A stretch of 64,000 bases of DNA, from positions 32,001-96,000 of the forward strand of contig JBFOMH010000017.1 in NCBI GenBank assembly GCA_040830765.1. The letters run 5' to 3'. This DNA is from Puniceicoccaceae bacterium (GTDB lineage: Bacteria; Verrucomicrobiota; Verrucomicrobiia; Opitutales; Oceanipulchritudinaceae). Below, piece after piece: positions 1-9,451 of the stretch (within the stretch, counting starts at the first letter, position 1; the number at the start of each line of letters is the position of its first letter). A model generated the notes under the pieces. That model searched no databases, was not told the DNA's origin, and saw nothing but the letters and a program-made list of their open reading frames with translations. Position numbers and translations under genes: made by a program.

Positions 1-1
1 G

Positions 2-373
2 CGAGACGGGGTCGAATACGAATTCACAACTGTCTTCGACGTTGACTTGTCACACAATGCAGCCACCTCAAAGGACCGCACCGGGCTATTCACCGACAAG
101 ATTTTCCAGATCACGGAGGAAACCGGATCACAGCTGGCCAAGTGGTTGGAATCCGCTGGATCAGTGGAAGCTCCACAACCCCCCGCAGAGGAATCGGTCT
201 ACATGGCAATTGATGTCCAGGTGGCGGAAATTGCTGATCTGATCCAGAAGGGGAGGTTCACCCCTGAACAGGTAACCAAATGGCGTCTGTCCGATCCATC
301 ATCGCTCACAAGGGAGCAGGCCGACAAGGCCATCGTCTTCCTGCAATCCAAACTTGATGGAGGTCAGGCGTGA
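2..373 (+). CDS. AAA_24/Sak4-like phage ATPase, C-terminal part (5' end outside window)
   Basis: Frame is open from position 2: RDGVEYEFTTVFDVDLSHNAATSKDRTGLF, typical of this family; adjacent to Gp157 and an SSB-like gene. Confidence 0.75.
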   Translation, partial: RDGVEYEFTTVFDVDLSHNAATSKDRTGLFTDKIFQITEETGSQLAKWLESAGSVEAPQPPAEESVYMAIDVQVAEIADLIQKGRFTPEQVTKWRLSDPSSLTREQADKAIVFLQSKLDGGQA

Positions 374-894
374 GGCTCTACGAAACCTACTTTGAGATAG
401 AGGAGCTTTGGCAAGGGGTTGAAGATATCCTCATTGGTGAAGTGACCGAGGGCCCAGACGGCCTTCCAGTAACCGGCGACATGGCCCTTGATTGGATCGA
501 GGATGCCCTTTCCCGAGTAGAGGAGGAGCGTGACGAGAAAGCCCTAAATATTGCCTGCCTGATCAAGAATTTCCGGGCGGATGCAGAAGCCCTGAAACTT
601 GAGAAAGTGAGATTGGCGAAAAGGCAGCAGGCCGCTGAGAAAACAATTGAGCGCCTGACCCGGTACCTTGAGCAATTCCTTGATTCAGGGCTCAAGCTGA
701 AGGATTCACGGGCCACCATTGGATGGCGCCGCTCCCAGAGGATTGTCCTGTCAGTTCCGGCGGAGGAGCTACCGGATGAATATGTCCGGATTAAGCGCGA
801 AGCGAATCTCTCCCTGATCAAGGAGGACATCAAGGAAGGTGATGAAGTTCCCGGGGCCATCCTCGAGGAGCGCCAGAACATCCAGATTCGTTGA
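370..894 (+). CDS. Siphovirus Gp157 family protein
   Basis: MRLYE start, KALNIACLIKN coiled coil, RRSQ, and IKEDIKEGDEVPGA.LEE.QNIQIR C-terminus. Confidence 0.85.
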   Translation: MRLYETYFEIEELWQGVEDILIGEVTEGPDGLPVTGDMALDWIEDALSRVEEERDEKALNIACLIKNFRADAEALKLEKVRLAKRQQAAEKTIERLTRYLEQFLDSGLKLKDSRATIGWRRSQRIVLSVPAEELPDEYVRIKREANLSLIKEDIKEGDEVPGAILEERQNIQIR

Positions 895-898
895 CCAG

Positions 899-1084
899 AT
901 GAAAGTCAATGGAACCACACGAGCCATCCTCCGGCGTAAAGTTACCCGACGGCAATGGCGAATCATCGAGTTGCGCCCACCGCACCTCCGTTTAACCGCC
1001 CTTTGGCGGACCTTAAGATACAACGACACCAGTTGGTACGACTGGGACCTCAAAGAATTAATAACAACCGAAGAAGAAATATAA
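899..1084 (+). CDS. Small hypothetical phage protein
   Basis: ATG at 899 fills the gap between Gp157 and DUF3127. Confidence 0.4.
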   Translation: MKVNGTTRAILRRKVTRRQWRIIELRPPHLRLTALWRTLRYNDTSWYDWDLKELITTEEEI

Positions 1085-1086
1085 TC

Positions 1087-1452
1087 ATGTCAGACATACT
1101 AACGATTACCGGTACATTGCTTGAAATCTACCCGGAACAAACATTCCCCAGCGGATTCTCGAAACGTGAATTCGTCGTCCAGACCGACGGCCGCTATCCC
1201 CAGCCCGTCAAATTCGAACTAACCAAGGACAGGTGTTCGCGCCTGGATACATTCCAGGTAGGTGATCCTGTGAAGGTGAACTTCGATGTGCGGGGCAACG
1301 AATACGAGGGACGTTACTTCGTGAACCTTGTCTGCTGGAAAATCTCTCCCCGTGACGAGATGCATGCAGCAGCCAACGCCGGACAACCAGCCCCCGCGCA
1401 GGGAGGTAGATTCGATTCAGGAGTGTATGAAGATGATGAGGTACCCTATTGA
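1087..1452 (+). CDS. DUF3127 family putative single-stranded DNA-binding protein
   Basis: GFSKREFVVQTDGRYPQPVKFEL...GNEYEGRYFVNLVCWKI with acidic tail DDEVPY. Confidence 0.85.
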   Translation: MSDILTITGTLLEIYPEQTFPSGFSKREFVVQTDGRYPQPVKFELTKDRCSRLDTFQVGDPVKVNFDVRGNEYEGRYFVNLVCWKISPRDEMHAAANAGQPAPAQGGRFDSGVYEDDEVPY

Positions 1453-2443
1453 GCGTATCAATAAATCACTACAAGCACGAATAGGAGATTGGGTGAAAGT
1501 CCTTCTGCCAGGAGCAAAGCTATCAGGTTCACACTACCGGGCCGGTTCGGTCCGGGGTGAGCCGGGTACAAGTCTGGTCATAGATGCCTCTACAGGTATC
1601 TGGTTTGACCATGCTACCGGGCAGAAGGGCGATCCCCTTGCCCTGATCATGGCTGCAAAGGAAATCCCGTTTCCGAGGGCTGTGAGCTGGGCACTGGATT
1701 GCCTGGAGGGGAAACTCTATGTCGAACCGGTTAAACCTGTTCCGAAATGGACAACTATCCGTCCCCTGAACAGGTATAACTGGTACGACCTGAGTAAGCC
1801 TGATGAAAGGGCTTTGATGCAGATTTGCCGGAACTTGCGCATTGGACTGGAGGGACTGCGTCTGGCGGTCAGTAGGGGGCTTCTCTGGTCATCCGGTGAC
1901 CTCATCTCAATCACCGATTTGGCACGGGTGGCCCGGGCGGACAGGAACCGGGATGGAACTCCAGTTCAGTTGTCCAACGGCTCGAAAACAAAATCCCGGT
2001 CATTGGGGAGGGCCAACTGGCCAATTGGTGCAGCCAACATCGGTGATCGATCGACCGTTATCCTGACGGAGGGATTCTCGGACTTTCTGGCAGGACACCA
2101 CCTGCTTGTGTCTGAAGGAGTACAGAAGCATGTGTCCGTATGTGCCATGTTGGGAGCTTCAATGAGGATCCATCCCCAGGCGCTTGATTACTTTGGCGGG
2201 AAGTCGGTTTTGATATTCTGCGATGCGGACAATCCCGGGATGAGGGGTGCAAAACGCTGGCTCGACCAGTTAAATGAGCACTGTCGCAATGTCACAATAT
2301 ACAGTTTCGAGGGCCTACGTCGCGACGATGGCGAACCCGTCAATGACCTGCGGGATTTCCTGCGGGTATATGTCGATGACTGGGAAGCGGATCCCGAAGT
2401 CTCCATGCCGGTAACCAGTTTTTTGGAAAGGACTACTCTATGA
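1427..2443 (+). CDS. Primase-like TOPRIM protein
   Basis: N-terminal GSVRGEPGTSL..WFDHATGQKGD domain; TOPRIM motifs ILTEGFSD and FCDADNPG. Start could be 1427, 1433 or 1436. Confidence 0.75.
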   Translation: MKMMRYPIERINKSLQARIGDWVKVLLPGAKLSGSHYRAGSVRGEPGTSLVIDASTGIWFDHATGQKGDPLALIMAAKEIPFPRAVSWALDCLEGKLYVEPVKPVPKWTTIRPLNRYNWYDLSKPDERALMQICRNLRIGLEGLRLAVSRGLLWSSGDLISITDLARVARADRNRDGTPVQLSNGSKTKSRSLGRANWPIGAANIGDRSTVILTEGFSDFLAGHHLLVSEGVQKHVSVCAMLGASMRIHPQALDYFGGKSVLIFCDADNPGMRGAKRWLDQLNEHCRNVTIYSFEGLRRDDGEPVNDLRDFLRVYVDDWEADPEVSMPVTSFLERTTL

Positions 2444-3564
2444 GCCGGTTTCTGGATGACATAGAGCCGGAGCAGCCTAAACAAAAGGTAGGTGATCCCT
2501 GGAATGGTCTGCCGCCGCCAAGGCAATGGAATGACATTGAGGCGGATCTGGATGCCGGAAAGATCAAACCGCCGGAGGAGATAATCAAGGGCCTGCTGTT
2601 TCGTGGAGGAAAGATGCTTCTTCCTGCACCATCGAAGGCCAGGAAGACTTGGATGCTGCTTCATTTAGCCGCCTGCGTTTGCAGTGGTCAGCCATGGCTT
2701 GGATTTGAGACCAAGCGTTGTCCCGTGCTGTATCTCGACCTTGAGCTGCTCCTCCACGAGGCACCGGCCCGGGAGAAGTTAATCAAGGAGGCTGCGAAAT
2801 TTTGGAACCTCTCCGATTTGCACATTCAGCAGCTGCGTGGTCACAAGCTCAACATGGATCGGATCAAGGAGGCACTGATTGCATATTGCCGTGAACATGG
2901 CATCGGCCTTTTGATCATTGATCCTTGGTACAAGCTTTCCGGTGGTGCCGACGAAATTGGAACTGAGGGTGTGGCTGACCTGATGGCTGAGCTGGAAGAG
3001 ATTGCCCGCGAAGCCAATTGTGCGGTCGCAATCAGCCACCATTTCACAAAGGGGGACAGCTCCCAGAAGAGTGTGATCGATTTGGCAAGTGGATCCGGCG
3101 TGTTCGGACGCGATCCTGACCTGATTTGCGGGATGCGCGAGTTGGCTGATTCAACCGAGGAGGAACCGCTCGTTAAAATGGAATTTGTCGCCCGCTCATT
3201 CAAACCGGTCAGGCCCATCGGCCTTAGATGGAAGTTTCCACTCTGGGTGCGTGATGACCGCCTTGATCTCAAACTCAAGATTCCTGGTTCAGTTGGTAGG
3301 CCGAAGGAGAATCATGTCGAAGACATCATGGAAGTTCTCGGAGATATGGAGCTTGCGGTCTCCGATTGGCAGGACCTTTGCCATGCTAAAAAAGGCACTC
3401 CAGCACGCACTTTTCGTGATTTGAAGGCGACAGCTAAAATTGAAGGCCGGTTCACTGAACGCAAGGAAGGTAGGACAGTGTATTGCAAGGCAACAGTGGC
3501 AGAAACGCTTCCTCCAATATCCGCCACTATTAAATCGCACCAAATGGGGCTTTCAGAGCAATGA
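2440..3564 (+). CDS. AAA_25 / RepA-like replicative helicase
   Basis: Walker A APSKARKTW, VLYLDLE, Walker B LLIIDP, SHHFTKG, ASGSGVF. Confidence 0.85.
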   Translation: MSRFLDDIEPEQPKQKVGDPWNGLPPPRQWNDIEADLDAGKIKPPEEIIKGLLFRGGKMLLPAPSKARKTWMLLHLAACVCSGQPWLGFETKRCPVLYLDLELLLHEAPAREKLIKEAAKFWNLSDLHIQQLRGHKLNMDRIKEALIAYCREHGIGLLIIDPWYKLSGGADEIGTEGVADLMAELEEIAREANCAVAISHHFTKGDSSQKSVIDLASGSGVFGRDPDLICGMRELADSTEEEPLVKMEFVARSFKPVRPIGLRWKFPLWVRDDRLDLKLKIPGSVGRPKENHVEDIMEVLGDMELAVSDWQDLCHAKKGTPARTFRDLKATAKIEGRFTERKEGRTVYCKATVAETLPPISATIKSHQMGLSEQ

Positions 3565-3723
3565 TGGCATATAGGCAAAAACTAAAAATCAATTTCCGCC
3601 ACCTTCGGAAAACAAGCTCCATAGGGTGGGAAGCGCGCGCAGCAATGGCGCTTCCACACCTGCTTGTTGGCAATAGTGGCAAAAAGGCGAAAACCCCCTT
3701 TAGGGGGTAATTTCTGCCACTAT
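3489..3723. repeat. Putative replication origin: AGTGGC iterons around a C5/G5 hairpin
   Basis: GGCAACAGTGGCAGAAA 3489-3505; GGCAATAGTGGCAAAAA 3669-3685; inverted TTTCTGCCACTAT 3711-3723; ACCCCCT-TT-AGGGGGT 3693-3708. Confidence 0.55.
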
Positions 3724-3752
3724 CCGAAATAGACCAATTTTCACTACATTCA

Positions 3753-4271
3753 ATGAACCAGAAATTTAAACCATACACAGTCCGTCGAACACCTGTCCGT
3801 CTTACAGAGATTGAACCGGTTGTCCTGGTCGATACCCGTGAGCAGACGCCACTGAAGTTTACCAGGCTAAGATCCGAACAGGCCACCCTGACAACGGGTG
3901 ACTATTCCTTCGCTGGTGGGGAGAACCAGTTGTGCATCGAACGAAAAAGCATTCCCGACCTTGTCGCCTGCTGCATGGGTAAAAATCGGGATCGATTCTT
4001 CCGTGAACTGCATCGTATGCGCGGCTTTGATTTTGCACGGCTGCTGGTTATCGGCACCCGCGATGAAATTAAGACCGGACAGTATCGCAGTGCAATTCGT
4101 CCAAGTAGTGTTCTGGCAACCCTCTCCACTATAGAGGCGCGTTTCAATGTTCCTATCGTATTCCAGCCCGATCCATTCCAGGCAGCCTGGCAGGTCGAAG
4201 AATGGGTCTGGTGGTACGCCAGGGAGCTGATCTTCAACACCAACAAACTTCTTCCCTCCAGAAAACAATGA
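3753..4271 (+). CDS. ERCC4-domain nuclease
   Basis: VDTREQ, GDYS and IERKS motifs. Confidence 0.88.
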   Translation: MNQKFKPYTVRRTPVRLTEIEPVVLVDTREQTPLKFTRLRSEQATLTTGDYSFAGGENQLCIERKSIPDLVACCMGKNRDRFFRELHRMRGFDFARLLVIGTRDEIKTGQYRSAIRPSSVLATLSTIEARFNVPIVFQPDPFQAAWQVEEWVWWYARELIFNTNKLLPSRKQ

Positions 4272-4813
4272 GTAACTATTCCGATACACAATCCACACGA
4301 AATTCCGAATACAAGAACGCCTATGCTGAATGGGTAGCTGGACTTACGCAGAAAAGGAGAAGGGAGCTGGAGGAGCAGGGCTTGTTGGAGCCGCAGGTTG
4401 ATCCATTCCATATCGGTAAACCCAAGGATGTTTCCGAGTTACCCATAGCTGCACCAAAGGAACCTGATGAAGCTATCCAGCAGGATGAAAGCGACCGGGT
4501 GTGGGATGCCCTTCGGCATCTCGTCGCCTATCTGCTTTCACGACCCAATCCGCAGCTCTCTGTTGAGTGTCTTGCAGTGGTAACTGGTCTCGGCTTTATG
4601 GGCGATTCAATGACTGCCATCGCCAAGCGCCATGGGATCACCCGTGCCGCTGTATCGAAGAGGTGCATCCAGATAACCGAGCAACTCCATCTACTGCCAT
4701 CCAGGGCTATGCGTTCGTTGACAGCACGTAAGGCGTATCGAAAAGCCCAGCACAAACATTATGAACACCGAGAACGCTTTGATAATCGACGGCGCGCACG
4801 TCCAGGTAACTGA
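4268..4813 (+). CDS. HTH protein (sigma-region-4-like), candidate late regulator
   Basis: SMTAIAKRHGITRAAVSKRC helix-turn-helix; ATG 4268 overlaps the upstream stop. Confidence 0.6.
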   Translation: MSNYSDTQSTRNSEYKNAYAEWVAGLTQKRRRELEEQGLLEPQVDPFHIGKPKDVSELPIAAPKEPDEAIQQDESDRVWDALRHLVAYLLSRPNPQLSVECLAVVTGLGFMGDSMTAIAKRHGITRAAVSKRCIQITEQLHLLPSRAMRSLTARKAYRKAQHKHYEHRERFDNRRRARPGN

Positions 4814-5453
4814 AATCGGCCTCCGCTTTGATGGGGAGATCAGTTTCGAGCAATGGCTTGAAATTGGTCGTAAGGTCGGCCGGGTTGCCCGAACCTCCCT
4901 CTTCCTTGTGGGCGACTGGCTCAACTATGGCCAGGATCGGTGGAATGGTGGTGAGCGGTTCGAGAAGATGGCCGAAGATCTGCGCGAGCGTTACGAGTCG
5001 GCCATGGCTGAGACTGGACTAGAGATGCGATCCTTGATGAATGCCGCCTACGTCGCACGGAATGTTCCGCAAGACCACCGCCGGCCACATTTGACCTTTG
5101 AACATCACACAGCGGTCGCAAGGGTTAAGGACAAGGAGGAGCGTCGTCAATGGCTCGCAAAGGCGGACAAACACGACATGTCCACACGGCGCCTACGCAA
5201 ATCTATCAATCTTGGTCGGGTTGCCACCGAAGCAGAAATGCAACCGGACCCGAAGACCACAGGCATCGACAACCACCTTTCTTGGATTGATGGCCTGATG
5301 CGCTGGTGGAAGCGTTTTGAACGCTCAGATTGGATGGCAGATGCATCCAGGGAAATGATCGAGGAAATGCTGTCTGACTTTCGGGATGTCCAGGCGATCA
5401 TTGCTTATCTGGAGGAGGAAGCGCAAAACCGTGAGCCGATAATCGAGGTTTAG
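4761..5453 (+). CDS. LmbU-like DNA-binding protein
   Basis: FEQWLEIG...LVGDWLNYG...AYVAR..RRPHLTFEHHTAVA. Confidence 0.65.
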   Translation: MNTENALIIDGAHVQVTEIGLRFDGEISFEQWLEIGRKVGRVARTSLFLVGDWLNYGQDRWNGGERFEKMAEDLRERYESAMAETGLEMRSLMNAAYVARNVPQDHRRPHLTFEHHTAVARVKDKEERRQWLAKADKHDMSTRRLRKSINLGRVATEAEMQPDPKTTGIDNHLSWIDGLMRWWKRFERSDWMADASREMIEEMLSDFRDVQAIIAYLEEEAQNREPIIEV

Positions 5454-5459
5454 TGCCAC

Positions 5460-5487
5460 TTTTGTCGTGTTTTGTCGTGTTTTGTCG
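5460..5487 (+). repeat. Tandem 10-bp repeat TTTTGTCGTG (about 2.8 copies)
   Basis: Directly visible; followed by the palindrome CATGGCGCCATG at 5491-5502. Confidence 0.85.
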
Positions 5488-5551
5488 ACTCATGGCGCCA
5501 TGAATCGAGGAGATTTCTAAGGAATCTATTAGAACCATTGCCTCAGGTAGG

Positions 5552-5608
5552 GTCCCTCAGAAGACCGGTCGATTTAAGAGACATCCGGATTTTTTCATTT
5601 CCCACAAA
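5552..5608 (+). repeat. 57-bp dispersed repeat, copy A
   Basis: GTCCCTCAGAAGACCGGTCGATTTAAGAGACATCCGGATTTTTTCATTTCCCACAAA; 54/57 identical to copy B. Confidence 0.92.
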
Positions 5609-5827
5609 ATTACATACCTGAAAAAGACCAGTTCCCTGATTAATTGAGAAATCCAGATGGCTGTGAGATACTGGAAAGTGGGAAATCATCATCACCCCTT
5701 ACATTCAGTCATTCCAAATCTCTTAGAGAATTTTGAATTACTTGCATTTATGAAGAGTGTACTTATTTCTCTTCCCTGAAACAGAACTTCGAAGTCCTAC
5801 TATAAAACAGTCGGATATACGTGGGCG

Positions 5828-6328
5828 ATGATTGGGCTAAAAAGAGGAACATTAAAGTTGCTTCCCTATGATAAGCATTGGGAGAAAGAATATTTGTCCG
5901 AAGCAGCACGATTGGAATCAAACTTGGAAAATAACATTCTGCGAATTGCTCATATCGGAAGTACATCTATTCCAGGAATACGTTCTAAGCCCGTGATTGA
6001 TATCGCAATGGAGGTTGCAGACCTATCGCAAACACGAAAATTATTAGAAAAACTTGGATATGAGTATCTGGGGGATCGAAGATCCGACGGTGACCATTTT
6101 TTCGCGAAAGGTCCTGACGAAAATAGAACCCATTACATGCATGTTTCAACTATTGAGAATTCCCGATTCGACAAGTATGTAAGATTTCGAGATTCGCTGC
6201 GAAACAACAAAGATTTAGCACAAAAGTATGACCAACTTAAATCCGACCTAATGAACAAATATAAACAAGATCGAGAAAGATATACGGCAGCGAAATCAAA
6301 TTTTATTAATGAGGTTATTAGATCATGA
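5828..6328 (+). CDS. GrpB family (UPF0157) nucleotidyltransferase-fold protein
   Basis: IAHIGSTSIPG..SKPVIDI and FRDSLR...Y..LK motifs. Confidence 0.88.
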   Translation: MIGLKRGTLKLLPYDKHWEKEYLSEAARLESNLENNILRIAHIGSTSIPGIRSKPVIDIAMEVADLSQTRKLLEKLGYEYLGDRRSDGDHFFAKGPDENRTHYMHVSTIENSRFDKYVRFRDSLRNNKDLAQKYDQLKSDLMNKYKQDRERYTAAKSNFINEVIRS

Positions 6329-6384
6329 TCCAACCAGTCGATGTAGGTGTCGTACCTCAGCTTTAACTTTGTCCATCAAACACT

Positions 6385-6864
6385 ATGTTACCCGAAGTAC
6401 CTGAAGAAAAGAACTTAGTTCTAGTACAGGAGAGCCAGAAAGAATTCTGGCTTTATCCTCGGGCAGCTGAGAATTGGATAAAAATGCAAAAAACCGCGAG
6501 AGAAGAAGGAATCGTTCTAAAGATTATCTCAGCTTATCGAAGCATTGAGCGTCAGGAAAAGATCGTGGAGGCTAAAAGAAAAAAGGGGTTATCGGAGGAA
6601 GAGATTTTTCGATTCAGCGCACCACCTGGCTTCAGTGAACACCATTCTGGACGAGCAATAGACATTACTACTGATGGAGTGACTCCTCTGGAAGAAGAGT
6701 TTGAAAAAACCAAAGCGTTTAAGTGGCTAACGCAAAACGCTAGCAGGTTCTCATTTAGGATGAGCTATCCCAGAAAAAATGAATACGGTTTGGGGTACGA
6801 ACCTTGGCATTGGGTATACTTTGAATTAACACAACCAGTTACCGAAAATGACGATCCCTATTGA
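6385..6864 (+). CDS. M15B (VanY-like) D-Ala-D-Ala carboxypeptidase
   Basis: SAYRS, SAPPGFSEHHSGRAID, YEPWHW. Confidence 0.88.
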   Translation: MLPEVPEEKNLVLVQESQKEFWLYPRAAENWIKMQKTAREEGIVLKIISAYRSIERQEKIVEAKRKKGLSEEEIFRFSAPPGFSEHHSGRAIDITTDGVTPLEEEFEKTKAFKWLTQNASRFSFRMSYPRKNEYGLGYEPWHWVYFELTQPVTENDDPY

Positions 6865-6899
6865 AGTCGACCGGCACTTTAGACTTAACGGTATCTAAA

Positions 6900-7523
6900 A
6901 TGAATCAGAGAGATCTATCCATTGAAATCACCAACGCACTGATCGCTTCAGCTGCGTTTGAAACAGTAGAATTAAGGGGAAGTCTTAACGGCGGAAAGAT
7001 CGATTCATTCTCCGACATAGATATCGAGGTTTCGAACAACCAGCGAGCCGCGACAGACAACGTCCATGTAGCCATAGAGGTCTTAAGGGAAAGGAAAAAG
7101 ATATTACTAATCGATTGGGCTACATCACTTCTTCCGGATCAAAGCATAGCGTCGATCTACTTGTCAGGATATTCGGTTTTCTGGAACGTGGACATATCGT
7201 GTAGAGCCAATCAACACGTCAAGGCTCCGGAAAATGCAATCATACAAGAGAAGAATGGTCATATATTGAAGCTCTGGATACTAAATGCTAAGTACGTTCT
7301 AAGATCCAATACTGAAAAATGCACCTTAGACGGACTTTTTAGGAGATTATTCCCTGAAGAAAATTTATCCGGCACCCAACAAGCGAAGCTAATTCGGATT
7401 TGGAGAAGTATAGATCGCGAAGCAATAGATTCAGAGCTGGTCGATCAATGCGAAGATCTGATCGAAGAACATGGCTGGAATGAATGCTTCGATAACCAGG
7501 CGAGCGAGGCTACTGCCTATTGA
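6900..7523 (+). CDS. Nucleotidyltransferase-domain protein
   Basis: LRGSL...DSFSDIDI motif; ATG 6900 chosen as start. Confidence 0.65.
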   Translation: MNQRDLSIEITNALIASAAFETVELRGSLNGGKIDSFSDIDIEVSNNQRAATDNVHVAIEVLRERKKILLIDWATSLLPDQSIASIYLSGYSVFWNVDISCRANQHVKAPENAIIQEKNGHILKLWILNAKYVLRSNTEKCTLDGLFRRLFPEENLSGTQQAKLIRIWRSIDREAIDSELVDQCEDLIEEHGWNECFDNQASEATAY

Positions 7524-7539
7524 CGGTATGCTACAAAAG

Positions 7540-8208
7540 ATGAACAGTGAAAAGATCTCCGAAGAGTATTGGAGTAAGATTCCGCACGAGAACCTTCCTC
7601 ATTTTGCAAGTAAGGAAAAGACCCAGGCCGAAGTAGCGTTTCTCAAAAAGTATTTACCTGTAAACTCGCGTGTTCTTGATCTAGGCTGCGGGTGGGGGCG
7701 AGTTGCTGCTGCCTTAGCGTACGAGGGTTATTCTGTAAGAGGGATTGATTTGTCACCACATCTTGTGGAACTCGCTCGCAAAAATGCTCCTCAAGAATTA
7801 AAGATTTCATACTCGACTGGCAGTCTGTTAGACATCCCTTGCCGCGACAGCTCCTTCGATTGTGTTGTTTGCCTGTGGGGAACATTTAATCACTTGCTTT
7901 CTCCTGATGAACAACTCACAGGATTGAACGAGATCTTTCGCGTGTTGTGCTTAGGTGGAGTCGCCATCCTTGAGATGAGCAACGGAGAATCGAAAGCAAA
8001 TAGAATTAATCGCCAGAAACTGGGGTTTGGTCATCAGAACCGTGTATTCGAATTACGTTACAAGCCTAAGAGTCCACCCAATACGATTTACATTCACGAT
8101 AGAAAGACCCTTGATGGGCTAGGGCATGCTTCTGATTTCTTAGACTATTCCGTAGGATTCAAAACTATCTTTGGAAAGAGAAGGCTTGTAGCTTTTCTCA
8201 AGAAATAG
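7540..8208 (+). CDS. Class I SAM-dependent methyltransferase
   Basis: VLDLGCGWGR, GIDLS, SFDCVVC. Confidence 0.85.
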   Translation: MNSEKISEEYWSKIPHENLPHFASKEKTQAEVAFLKKYLPVNSRVLDLGCGWGRVAAALAYEGYSVRGIDLSPHLVELARKNAPQELKISYSTGSLLDIPCRDSSFDCVVCLWGTFNHLLSPDEQLTGLNEIFRVLCLGGVAILEMSNGESKANRINRQKLGFGHQNRVFELRYKPKSPPNTIYIHDRKTLDGLGHASDFLDYSVGFKTIFGKRRLVAFLKK

Positions 8209-8264
8209 GTATAACCAGTCGCTGATGTCGCTCGTATCGGCCCTTCAGTTTTAACGTCAATAAA

Positions 8265-8918
8265 ATGAATAGCCCCTTAAGCAGTTCACTTGAAAACATG
8301 TATTGGATTGGTGGAACCAGTGGTTCCGCGAAATCCACCATCGCACGCCGAATAGCTGCAGAACATGACATGCTCTTATATTCCACAGATGAGGTTATGG
8401 GAAATCATGCGAATCGTTGTACTAGGGAGGAATGCCCATTACTGGAAGAATTCAAGCAGATGACGATGGATGAGCGGTGGGCAACTCGCACACCGGAAGC
8501 CATGTTCGAAACCTTCCAATGGTTTCATGGTGAAGGATTTAATCTCATAATCGAAGATTTGCTCGAATTACCCAGTGACCGGAAAGTAATCGTTGAGGGA
8601 TTTCGATTGCTTCCAAATCTCGTGAAGCCCCTGCTCAAAAAAACATGCCAGGCAGTGTGGCTTATTTCTACTCCGGAATTCCGATTCAAGGCGTTCAATG
8701 AACGGGGCACGCTACGCGATATCCCGGACAAGACATCAAATCCTGAGAAAGCGCTTCAGAACCACCTGGAGCGGGAGTCTCTGTTTATGCAGCATCTCAT
8801 TGAAGAGACGAGGACTGAAGGTGTCACGGCCTTAACGGTTGATGGGAGTTTTTCAGAAGAAGAGTTACTGAAAAGAGTTTCTACACATTTTGAAATAGGA
8901 CAACCAAACAAAGCTTAA
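8265..8918 (+). CDS. P-loop kinase-like protein
   Basis: WIGGTSGSAKST and IVEG motifs. Confidence 0.7.
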   Translation: MNSPLSSSLENMYWIGGTSGSAKSTIARRIAAEHDMLLYSTDEVMGNHANRCTREECPLLEEFKQMTMDERWATRTPEAMFETFQWFHGEGFNLIIEDLLELPSDRKVIVEGFRLLPNLVKPLLKKTCQAVWLISTPEFRFKAFNERGTLRDIPDKTSNPEKALQNHLERESLFMQHLIEETRTEGVTALTVDGSFSEEELLKRVSTHFEIGQPNKA

Positions 8919-8980
8919 ACAAAACCACGCCGGTCATCCGATAGTGTCATGTCCAACATTAACTTACTGAATAATAATCA

Positions 8981-9451
8981 ATGAAAAAGGAGTATCCGAC
9001 ATTAATTCACGAAAGAGTTGCTCTTGCCAGGGAGGGAAAGAACAAAACTGTAATCGCCAGAGTTCCTTCTGGCTGGGTTGTTCTGGGTGATGATCAAAGA
9101 TTAAAAGGTTATTCTCTGCTTCTCTCTGATCCCGTCGCCGACAATTTGAACGACTTGGGTGAAGAAGAAAGAAAGCAGTTTATGTGGGATATGTCCGCCG
9201 TTGGGGATTCTCTGATGACTGTGTTAAATCCATCGATTATCAATTATTCAATTTTAGGCAACTTGGACAGGGCGTTGCATGTTCACATTCATCCCCGATA
9301 TGATGAAGAGGAGGAGGATAAGAGAAGAAACACTCCACTGGTATATTGGTGGCTGAAAATGCCAGTTATACCTTTTGATTTCGAAAGAGACTCAAGTTTA
9401 ATGAAGCAGATCAAGGAAGAGCTTTCGAAGAGAACAACGATTATTTCATGA
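8981..9451 (+). CDS. HIT family hydrolase
   Basis: LGN...ALHVHIHPRY histidine triad. Confidence 0.85.
   Translation: MKKEYPTLIHERVALAREGKNKTVIARVPSGWVVLGDDQRLKGYSLLLSDPVADNLNDLGEEERKQFMWDMSAVGDSLMTVLNPSIINYSILGNLDRALHVHIHPRYDEEEEDKRRNTPLVYWWLKMPVIPFDFERDSSLMKQIKEELSKRTTIIS

Noticed and set aside
6385..6864. VanY-like peptidase as a resistance gene or the phage endolysin
   Set aside because: No van cluster is present, and it sits in the cassette-like cargo far from the holin-like gene.
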